Notes: generated by a model not told the origin, from the sequence alone. Numbered from the stretch's first letter, positions 1-7,962 are shown. The stretch: 10,127 nt of DNA from Azolla caroliniana (GCA_043228905.1 JBHGNT010001298.1:1-10127); one strand, 5' to 3'. Made by a program: numbers and translations.

Positions 1-715
1 AGCAATGATCTCTATGTCCTTGGCATAAAGAAAACCTTCTTTCAATTTCCGCCATTGCTATTCATGGATATATTGTCCATTTTCTCAATGACAAATGGAC
101 AATACATGATCGTACAAAGGGAGATATCATTGTCATAGTAGGTAGTTTGATCAAAAACCTTTACAAACTTGACATATATCAGAAATTTGATGACTAAAAT
201 GCATTAGCGGTGGATGCCCAAACACAAACCAATTCTGAACTATGGCATGCTTGATTCGACCATTTAACTTTCAGCAACCTTGCAAGGCTTATAGCAATCG
301 GCAACGGTTTGGTTCAGGTCGAGAGTGTCAAAACAAAACCAATTCGAAACCGAACCTTTTAAAATTTTTGAAACTTGAACCAAACCACAAAACCGTTAAA
401 CCATTAAACTATAAAAACCGTGGTTTCATGGTTCGGTTTCGGTTTTCAATGTAGGTCAAAATTCAAATTTTAAATTTTCAAAATTTTAAAGATTTTCCTA
501 AAATGTGAGAATAAGGCTTGAAAATGAAAAGATTGTTTAAAAACAGTTTTTTTTTAAATTTACAAATAAAATAAATAAATAACCGTTAAACCACAGTTAT
601 TGACGGCTTAGTAAGCAAGATATGGTATGCAATCTTCCTTCCATTTATGTACCATGTAATCATGTTATTATGGGTTGTATTCTAGGAAAGATGCACGGAC
701 TTTCATTTCCAAAAG
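1..715 (+). pseudogene. Copia pol remnant: protease C-terminal region and GAG-pre-integrase (HHCC-type zinc-binding) region, split by an insertion
   Basis: Manual translation gives LYVLGIKK/(frameshift)NLLSIS...NLYKL (canonical LYVPGLKKNLLSVS). LWHA*FDHLTFSNLARL (240-290) joins in frame to SKQDMVCNLP...HVIMGCILGKMHGLSFPK (611 on) once 292-610 is removed. Confidence 0.85.
292..604. mobile_element. Nested non-autonomous MITE-like insertion rich in AAACCG/CGGTTT motifs
   Basis: Flanked by direct GGCTTA (286-291, 605-610; 8 bp AAGGCTTA/ACGGCTTA with one mismatch). Excision restores the copia frame. Internal inverted repeats GGTTTGGTTCA 306-316/TGAACCAAACC 376-386 and CGAAACCGAACC 345-356/GGTTCGGTTTCG 430-441. 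Direct repeat AACCGTTAAACCA 391-403/581-593. No clean terminal inverted repeats. Confidence 0.75.
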
Positions 716-1380
716 ATGCAAATGTTTTTGCAGCACGAGCTTCAACTTGTACATAGTGATGTATGCGGCCCAATGAGAACACCATCAATTGGAGGTTATC
801 ATTATTTTCTTACATTCATGGATGATGTTACCCGACACACTTGGGTATATCCTTTGAAGGAGAAATCCAATGTCTTTTCATGTTTCAAAGAATTCTTTCA
901 CCTTACTGAAAATCTTAGCGGTCACAAACTCATTACTCTATACACCGATAGAGAGAGTGTGTATGTGTCTTGAGAGTTCAATGTTTTCTTGAAGGACAAC
1001 GGCATTATCCATTAATGCACCACTCCATACACACCACAACAAAATGGGTTGGCTGAGAGAAAGAATAGATCTCTCATGGAGTTGGTAAGATGAATGATCA
1101 ATGGTAAGAACCTACCTCAAAAGTTTTGGTTGGACGCTGTAATGTGTGCAAATTATGTTTTAAATAGATGCCCCACAAAAGCAATAAAAACTATCACTCC
1201 ATATGAGGCTTGGAAGGGTCACAAGCCAATTGTTGGTCACATGAGAATACTTGGAAGCTTGACTTATGCATTTGTGCCACCACAACAGCGCCATAAGCTT
1301 CAAGACAAATTAACAAAATGCTTTTTAGCCCACTAACAGTAAGATCATCATCCGTCGGGACGTGATATTTGCTGAAAATG
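716..1380 (+). pseudogene. Copia integrase core (rve, DDE) and SH3-like C-terminal remnant
   Basis: ORFs 716-973 and 1094-1336 lie in one frame interrupted by stops (971, 1013, 1091): VHSDVCGPM, FMDDVTRHTWVYPLKEKS, LYTDRESVY, TPYTPQQNGLAERKNR, FWLDAV, TPYEAW. A shifted frame follows with PTNSKIIIRRDVIFAEN. Confidence 0.95.
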
Positions 1381-1744
1381 CAGCTCAACCACTTGTGGAT
1401 TGCTCCAAAGAGCCAATTCTTGATCAATCAAATGCATTTGACTCTTTGTTACCATTGCTCCAAAATGTTGTGTTTGAAGGTGATCAACTAACCCAACCTT
1501 ATGGAGGTAATCTACAAGTTTTGCATCAGTAACAGGATGCTCCAAACAGAGATGTTAAGCAGCCCAACAATGCTCAAATTGATCTCTTGCAACAGCCCAA
1601 TGTGGTTGAAAATGAGCAACCAAACATTGTTGATAATAATTCTGATTTTACAAGTCATTAATCACCATGATGTTGACATGGAATTGGAGGAAGAGCAAGC
1701 CTCTTCTAAGCAAACAAGAACAGTCCCTAAATGGAATGCAAAGA

Positions 1745-2379
1745 CTTAAAGCTTTCTACGGCTTGATGCAAGCACCTTGAGCATGGAATACAAAGATCCA
1801 TGTGATCCATGCTCATCTTCGTCAACTGGGTTTTGTGAACAGCCTAACCAAAAGCACTCTATGTTTGAAAGGATGGAGAAATTTCATTAATTGTTGTGCT
1901 TTATGTTGATGATTTGCTGATCACAGGACCTGATGAGCAACAAATTGCAAATTTCAAAGCTGATATTTGTAGGACATTTGAGGTGACAAACCTTGGTCAT
2001 CTCCATTACTACCTCAGCGTTCAATTTATTACTGTTGAGGGGAAACTTTTTTTAGTCCAAGAAAGTACATCAAGAAGCTCCTACGACAATTTAGGTTTGA
2101 AGAGTGCAAGCCAAACTCCACTTCTGTAGAAGCAAGTTTCAAATTCTCAATTAAAGACAAAGGAGAACCAACTCATGCATTCTTATACCAGCAAGCTATA
2201 TCTTGTTTGATATTTTTATGCAACACGCAACCTGACATTCAATATGCAGTTTTGCACTTAAGCAGGTTTATGCACAGCCCTGGAGCAAAGCATTGGCAAC
2301 CAGCTAAGTGGGTTTTCCATTACCTCAAAGGCACTATGGATTTCAGCCTCTTCTATGGAGAAGGCAATTCATCTACTTT
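1745..2379 (+). pseudogene. Copia reverse transcriptase (RVT_2) remnant, N-terminal part missing
   Basis: LKAFYGLMQAP*AWNTKI from 1745, IVVLYVDDLLITG (~1893-1929), TQPDIQYAV..LSRFMHSP..HWQPAKWVFHYLKGT; frameshifted. Confidence 0.93.
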
Positions 2380-2912
2380 AACAGCCTTCACTAACAATGA
2401 TCAGGCTGGCTGTGACACCACTCGTGTCTCACATAGTGGCAATTGTTCATGATACGCAATTCCTGTGTTTCCTGGCTCAGCAAGAAGCAGCCAACAGTGG
2501 CAACATCAAGTTGTGAAGCTGAATATAGGGCAGCATTCAGCGCTATAGTAGAGTGTGTTTGGCTGAGGAGATTATTGTCCGACTTGTCACTTGAGCAACC
2601 ATCTCCTACTTGTATATTTGCATATAGTCAAAGTGTCTTGGCAATTGCAAGAACGAAACACATTGAGGTGGACTATCATTATATGAAGGAGTAGTTCCAT
2701 GCTACAAAGATAAACTTGTTTTCCATGCACGAACAAAACACATTGAGGTGGACTATCATTATATGAAGTAGCAGTTCCATGTTCAAGAGATAAACTTGGC
2801 CTACGTACAAACTCGTGAAAATGTTGCAAACATTTTTACAAAGACTCTATCAAGAGAAAAGTTTGAATATTTTCACAAGGAACTGGGCATTCTTCCAACA
2901 CCAAGATGGTGA
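2380..2912 (+). pseudogene. Copia RNase H remnant
   Basis: FTNNDQAGCDTTR, VSWLSKKQPTVATSSCEAEY, RTKHIEVDYHY (twice), ENVANIFTK. Last frame ends ELGILPTPRW* at TGA 2910-2912. Confidence 0.93.
2646..2798 (+). repeat. 73-bp imperfect direct duplication (80-bp offset) in RNase H
   Basis: 2646-2718 aligns ungapped with 2726-2798 with 8 mismatches by manual count; both copies encode RTKHIEVDYHYMK. Confidence 0.95.
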
Positions 2913-2940
2913 CGACATTCAAGTTCACACCATTCACTTC

Positions 2941-2946
2941 AGGGGG
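2941..2946 (+). other. Polypurine tract (plus-strand priming site)
   Basis: AGGGGG after the end of pol, 2 nt before TGTTA, the typical copia PPT-LTR arrangement. Confidence 0.75.
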
Positions 2947-2980
2947 TTTGTTACGCTTAATGTGTATCCTATGAAAGTTT

Positions 2981-3090
2981 GGTGTGAACACAATTAGAAT
3001 AGTGTGAACTTAGTTACGTAATTGTTGGGTGTAAACATACTTAGAATAGTGTGAACCTAGTTAAGTGACTGTTAGGTCAAAACATAGTTA
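2981..3090 (+). repeat. 47-bp tandem repeat (2 full + 1 partial unit) in LTR U3
   Basis: Units 2981-3027, 3028-3074 and partial 3075-3090; shared core TTAGAATAGTGTGAACYTAGTTA. Confidence 0.88.
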
Positions 3091-3136
3091 CCTAATTAAG
3101 CGACCGTTGGGTTTCCACCTACTTGTAGATATTGGT

Positions 3137-3144
3137 TATATAAA
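3137..3144 (+). promoter_or_regulatory. Putative LTR TATA box
   Basis: TATATAAA downstream of the U3 repeats within the LTR; positional inference. Confidence 0.55.
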
Positions 3145-3343
3145 CCATTCTACATCTTTGAAAAAAAGAAGCTCGTTTTTCCTAATCTACTGATTTTTCC
3201 TTAAGTCTTCTAAGTTATCTTGCTGTGTGAGAGTTTATCTAATATCCCTGCATTTTCTACAAAAACATAATTGAGAGTTATTCCCTCAGAAGGAGACTCC
3301 ATGAATATCCGTGCAAGTTATTAAAATGATTGTAAAATGGTAC

Positions 3344-3448
3344 CTTGGTGCACCTTCAGCAACAAAAACCTCAAAGGTTCTTTTCTTCTTAGCTTCAAGA
3401 AGAAATTGAAGAAGTGCACGTGACCTTCCCAATGTCAATATGACTTCA
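3344..3448 (-). CDS. EIF2B2: eIF2B-beta coding exon 5
   Basis: Acceptor GACAG|T; EVILTLGRSRALLQFLLEAKKKRTFEVFVAEGAP(R); donor AG|GTACC. Confidence 0.94.
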
Positions 3449-6400
3449 CTGTCAAAGTCAATGGATCATATTACTAAATGCTCCCTTCATGCACGTTTTT
3501 TAAGGAAAAATGGAAGACATTTATTCCTTTTAAAGACATACTTTTGATGTATGTGCTGAAGAGCTTGTTCTGCCACCTGAGCATGATAATTATCAATCTC
3601 TTGCAATAGTTCATTGATCCCCTCAATCACATTGTGTTTCAGCTTCCAAATTTTTGAGGTCTTGTCACCAGCTGTTCAAGCATAGCAAGCCTCAATAATC
3701 ATCTCTACAATATGTCACACACTGATATATGAGCCTAGAAAAAATGCAATATCTGCTTACATTTGCTTTTTCCCTCTGAATCACCAGTAGATGATGCTTG
3801 CAAATTTGTGGCCACATCAGGTGGTAGAGATTCAAGTAGGTTATGCAATGATGGGGTCCTCATTACAGTTCTATTGGCAGCAACAACCACAGCTGCAGAA
3901 AAGCCAGCTGTTTTATCTTCCTTCTCATCGTCGCTCTCAACTGCACTGCTAACCTCAGTCATTACTTTTGTTTCCAATGATGCTTCTTCCTCCCTGATAA
4001 TATGCAGCACACGCCGCACAACATTCCCCACAGTAAGCTCTGTACAGAAACAAAGTTGCCCATAAGAGGAAGACCTTCAAAGAGAAATATTCTGAAAATG
4101 TATAATTATCTCAAAAAATGGTAAATGTTGTATAAATAAAATGAGGTGGGGTTCATCTGCCATCTAGGGGAACCTGACACATCACACAAACACAAAATAT
4201 TAAACCTGCATTATATATTTGAAACTGATGCAAATGCCAAATGCGAGGAGATACTAGAAGTGTTTTATCTGCCTACCCAGCTGATGAACGTGCAAACCCT
4301 TGCACTTGCACATTAACACAATATAATACTCCAAAAGCATTATTATAAAACTTATCCATCATTCTTTCTACATTATACTCTTATCCTTGTTTCTTCTATT
4401 TATCAATAGGCATGTTGGATATAGACCAAGAAATGGAAAGTCGAGTGCTATCATTTATCAAATAAATAATGACTCCAATTTATAGTCATTATATGATTAG
4501 AAAAATAATAAATAAATAATTCAAGTTAATAACCATATAAAATATATCCATGACCTATTAACACACACACAGAGGCTTAAAATGTTCTATGAATACACAT
4601 TATAAATACCTTCCACAATGAGGATATCTAGCTTTAGAAACAAATAGAAGCAAAAACAGATACAAACAAAAAATCAACCACCATGCAAGGAAGTTCAAAA
4701 GCATGACACATGGGAAGAGGGAAATAGAAAAGAAAATTGTGTACATACAAAAACCAACAACCATGCAATTTAAGCAGCAATACATGATCGCAGATGGTAT
4801 TGCAAGCATGCAATAGCTCCCAGTATGAGTACCAAATTAAATACGCTCATATGCCATCCCCACTCATATCTTGAATGTGAAATATAAAACTACACGAAAA
4901 GCAAACTACTACAGATGTATCAATTTTTATTGCAAGCATTCATTTCTATTCTCTGCAAAATATTTGAATTTCTTTTAACAGTAATATGCACTTAGATGCT
5001 AAAATGAAGCATTTTCAAAATATAGGTTTACTATAATCTTATGCAACAACAGTTCACAATACTATTGTGCAAAGACACAGTAAATGGCCTTAGCAGCATC
5101 CTTCCATGAATCATACATTGAACTCTCAGATATTTTGAAGCAACACATTGACCTGGACTATGACCTGTCATTATCTGTGCAAAACTGTAAGTTGCCCTGA
5201 TAGTGACTGAGGATCAACTTGCATTTATGAGCTTTATGAACGTTTAGTTGAACATCCCTGTCGACAGATACTAAAATCTGGCATTTGAACCTGATTGTAC
5301 ACAACAGCTGAGTTGCAAGCACGAGACCCAGCAGGTGTCATGTGATTCTCAAAAATTTAACAGTACATTTCAACATCAGGGTAAGATGAGATACAAAATA
5401 TTGTCTAAGATGTGATGCTGCTGATGTCCTTTCGCAGATCTTTCATTAGCAACTATCTTCTCATCTGCATGATTTTCGTATATAGAGGCACTACAAGTCC
5501 CTTGTTGTATTCCTACTTTCCTTCTAAACCCCTCCTATAATACAAACTTTGATTGCAATGCCCAAGGAAATGAAAAACCTGCATGAATATATGAGAAAAG
5601 GGGTTTTGTGCACACAAACTATAAGTGCAATAATTACCTCAAGTGCCTAACAAGGGTACACACTCTAATTTATGCATCACCTCAATAAGAATCTAGGTCA
5701 TTGATATTCAGGTAATAACATTTACAATAATTCGATTGATTACCAGATTTTTCAGATATATACTGTAAGGATGAACTAGAGACGAAGGTGTAATGAACAT
5801 CTTATATCAGGAAAATTAATCAACAACCATTCTCTTAAAAGCAAAAAGCTAATATAAGCAGTATGGACTGCTTAAAGCTAATGACAGATTCCTTGCAAGA
5901 TTAGTAAGTGATGAGTTCGAGAAAGGGAAATATCATTTCTCCGATGATTTTGGGAGAACATATACCTAGAGGCAAGAATCTTAGAAATTAATACATACCA
6001 ATGGGATTAGCAGCAATAATGCGCAATCCAACAGACTTCACAGCCTCAATCAGAGTTGCAGCTGGTGCTGAAAGCGTGAGCCGCTTTTGCGAAATCACTT
6101 GTCTCAGTAAGACTGCTGTTAGCCTTGCAGTATCTAAAGATCCCTCGACTTGCCTGAAATGTGTAGATGAACACTATTACAGCAATATCGCTTAGAATTA
6201 CTGTCTTAGTGTGCATTAATGCTCTAGAGAGTAGCACTTTTCAAAGTTTCAGAGATATCAAAAAAATATTGGGAATTCTAAAATGAGCAACTGACTAACT
6301 CATGTGTTATTTTAAGAATATTTAAAAGGAAAATCCCTGCCTCAGTCAATAGAATATGAAGTACAAGAATACAGCAGAAACTCTATCAACAGTCTATAAA

Positions 6401-7290
6401 TCTCAGCACATGTTCAAAAGGTTAAGAGACTAATCATATAATGAATCCTGTGAAATTGACCTGACTAAATTAACTCCCACATGCCTAGCACTCCTAAGCC
6501 TACCATCTACCAATATCTAAGATTTTGTAAAAACTAGGACATATTCAATGCATCAAAAAGCAAATTTTGAAAGAACTATGATGACGAAAGAACCACAATT
6601 TAGAACACTGGTGATTGCAAATGTTTCTTGACTTTTCATTGAACAAAAGCACAATCCTTGAAGGTACATATTTCCTATCAACAGGAACTAGGCCACTTCT
6701 GCATAACCTACTGATGTTGTAGCTTAGATCAGGATTACCTATTTTTTAAGCATATATAAATTAAGAGAGATGAAAATAGAAAAACATCCATCCAATAGAC
6801 TGACACTACCTACAGAGACTGTGCAGCTGTACTTAAGATTTCAACTTATTTCAATAAACGTTGGAACATGCAAATCTTAATACTTTTCAACAGTGAGGCA
6901 CTTATTCCATTTGAAACTGTTCAGGTAGTGTTGGGGTTTCAAATTATTTTCCAGTGCCTTTTCCAAGAACAAGCAAGTCTTAGGACCTTCTGGTCAATAT
7001 AGGTAACCAAGATAATGCAACACATGAAATGGAAAACAGAACCAACGCATACGAAGAGATATGACATGCAATGGAAAAACTAAAGGATATTGTATCATGA
7101 GATGGCGCAATACATGTGCCTTTAACTTTGAAAAGCAGTTGATGAGTCATGATATGAAGGAATCACCAGCCCCTGACCGTCCACGTGAAGCCGTGAACAA
7201 AAAGGAAACGCATAGGTTGATGAAAAACATGAATTACCTGCGTTTTAACTTGTATACGAAGTCATCCACAGCTGCGTGGTGATCCGGCAT
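3344..7290 (-). CDS. EIF2B2: Translation initiation factor eIF2B subunit beta (GCD7/EIF2B2 family), 3'-partial; join(7290-7238,6153-5999,4039-3761,3671-3542,3448-3344)
   Basis: Spliced translation MPDHHAAVDDFVYKLKRRQVEGS...ANPIELTVGNVVRRVLHIIREEE...WKLKHNVIEGINELLQEI...AEQALQHIHQNEVILTLGRS...FEVFVAEGAPR matches plant eIF2B-beta motifs as I recall them. All four internal introns are GT-AG and phase-compatible; 722 nt with no stop. Confidence 0.95.
3542..3671 (-). CDS. EIF2B2: eIF2B-beta coding exon 4
   Basis: Acceptor AACAG|CT; GDKTSKIWKLKHNVIEGINELLQEIDNYHAQVAEQALQHIHQ(N); donor AA|GTATGT. Confidence 0.94.
3761..4039 (-). CDS. EIF2B2: eIF2B-beta coding exon 3
   Basis: Acceptor TACAG|AG; (E)LTVGNVVRRVLHIIREEE...DSEGKSK, same frame as ORF 3735-4031; donor T|GTAAGC. 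Confidence 0.95.
5999..6153 (-). CDS. EIF2B2: eIF2B-beta coding exon 2
   Basis: Acceptor TTTCAG|G; QVEGSLDTARLTAVLLRQVISQKRLTLSAPAATLIEAVKSVGLRIIAANPI; donor G|GTATGT. Confidence 0.93.
7238..7290 (-). CDS. EIF2B2: eIF2B-beta coding exon 1
   Basis: ATG at 7290, MPDHHAAVDDFVYKLKR(R); donor AG|GTAATT. Confidence 0.88.
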
Positions 7291-7589
7291 CGAAGCTACT
7301 GTACCAGAGCTAGACAACCAGACACGGAGGAACAAAAGGACAGACGCAATAATAATATTCATCCACAGGTCTCTTCTTTAGTTTCCATTGCCTCCAGGAA
7401 ATTTCCCGCTGCATCCACCATGATCAGATGCAGAATGTTCACGGGAGGAGCCATGTCCAGACTAAGCGGTCCAACACAAGAAGAAACTGTTCAAGTAAAG
7501 ACGAAACGGCTCAATTCAGGACAAGAAGAGAATGCTCATATCAAGAGGAAAGAGTTCATCGTTAAAAATAAAAGTAAAAAAACGATTTC

Positions 7590-7597
7590 TAGGGTTT
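7590..7597 (-). promoter_or_regulatory. Telo-box (AAACCCTA)
   Basis: Exact motif on the sense strand in the leader region; established as enriched at 5' ends of plant translation-machinery genes. Confidence 0.55.
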
Positions 7598-7795
7598 CAG
7601 AATACAAGGAACTCGAAACGGCCGACCAATGTATGGGGAACTCATTTCAGCTAGTGCGATGCATCGCCGAACAGACAAAGAAATGAAGCAAAAATAAATA
7701 AGAGTGCAGGGGTTAACTGTCTGTGCAGGAGAAGGAGAAGAGAGCACGGGAGTGAAATGAAAGTGATCAGAGAGAGGAACAGTTTTCTCTGTTAC

Positions 7796-7869
7796 CTGGT
7801 CGGATGCCACCATGGCCGCGTCTTCTGCTTTCTCTGCAAGTGCGTTATTTCTTTCTTTTTGCTTTGTTT

Positions 7870-7914
<45 letters not shown>

Positions 7915-7951
7915 TGTGAGAGAGAGAGAGAGTGTGTGAGAGAGAGAGAGG
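7796..7951 (-). other. Probable first (5' leader) exon of eIF2B-beta, ending in a uORF start (MVASDQ, 7813-7796)
   Basis: CT-rich tract typical of plant 5' leaders, then GCGGCCATGG (strong AUG context), a consensus-like donor CAG|GTAAC at 7796/7795, and pyrimidine/T-rich intron-like sequence. The transcription start is unknown, so the upper coordinate is approximate. Confidence 0.55.
7876..7951. repeat. Compound (GA)n/(CT)n microsatellite with two TGTGTG interruptions
   Basis: Directly visible; interruptions at 7913-7918 and 7933-7938 (20-bp period). Potential BBR/BPC GAGA-binding site. Confidence 0.97.
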
Positions 7952-7954
7952 ATG

Positions 7955-7962
7955 TGACGTCA
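7955..7962. promoter_or_regulatory. TGACGTCA palindrome (C-box/CRE-type bZIP site)
   Basis: Perfect 8-bp palindrome immediately upstream (gene orientation) of the CT tract. Confidence 0.45.

Larger units (their letters stand above)
1..3261 (+). mobile_element. Degenerate Ty1/copia LTR retrotransposon (5' part outside window), apparently intronic and antisense to the eIF2B-beta gene
   Basis: Domain order integrase-RT-RNase H is diagnostic of copia. Motifs: LVHSDVCGPM, TPQQNGLAERKNR, FYGLMQAP*AW, LYVDDLL, SWLSKKQPTVATSSCEAEY, RTKHIEVDYHY. A PPT (AGGGGG 2941-2946) is followed by a TG-initiated LTR. Many stops and frameshifts. The right end (3261 vs 3267) is uncertain. Confidence 0.95.
2949..3261 (+). 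repeat. 3' LTR of the copia element
   Basis: Starts TG right after the PPT, has U3-like tandem repeats and TATATAAA (3137-3144), and ends at a CA (TTCTACA 3261, alternatively AAACA 3267). The 5' LTR is not in the window, so the boundary is unconfirmed. Confidence 0.7.

Noticed and set aside
242-454. 70-aa + strand ORF
   Set aside because: Chimera of off-frame copia sequence and the non-coding inserted element.
1194-1545. Minus-strand ORFs over the integrase/linker (also 2587-2829)
   Set aside because: Antisense to copia pol with no independent coding signal.
1795-1811. GATCCATG duplicated with 9-bp period in RT
   Set aside because: Trivial slippage duplication in a dead element.
2981-3090. 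Repeated GTGTGAAC/TTAGAATAGTGTGAAC units as a CRISPR-like array
   Set aside because: Units are tandem imperfect copies without unique spacers, inside a eukaryotic LTR, with no cas genes.
3763-4065. 100-aa + strand ORF (also 6001-6195 +)
   Set aside because: Antisense shadows of eIF2B-beta exons 3 and 2.
4600-4809. 69-aa hydrophobic minus-strand ORF in intron 2
   Set aside because: Composition reflects T-rich intron sequence; exons 2 and 3 already join in frame through the conserved NPIELTVGN motif.
4040-7237. Intronic snoRNA in the two long introns (translation genes often host them)
   Set aside because: By eye I found no sense-strand box C/box D pair with a terminal stem; an Infernal/Rfam scan would be needed to exclude it fully.
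7276-7686. 136-aa + strand ORF antisense to the leader
   Set aside because: No recognisable motif; the ORF track start is not an ATG, and K/E/R richness follows from the complement of a pyrimidine-rich intron.
7806-7877. Perfect vertebrate Kozak GCCACCATGG on + strand opening a 21-aa hydrophobic ORF (MAASSAFSASALFLSFCFVLG*)
   Set aside because: Arises from the CCATGG palindrome shared with the minus-strand uAUG; stops at the microsatellite with no supporting + strand gene structure.
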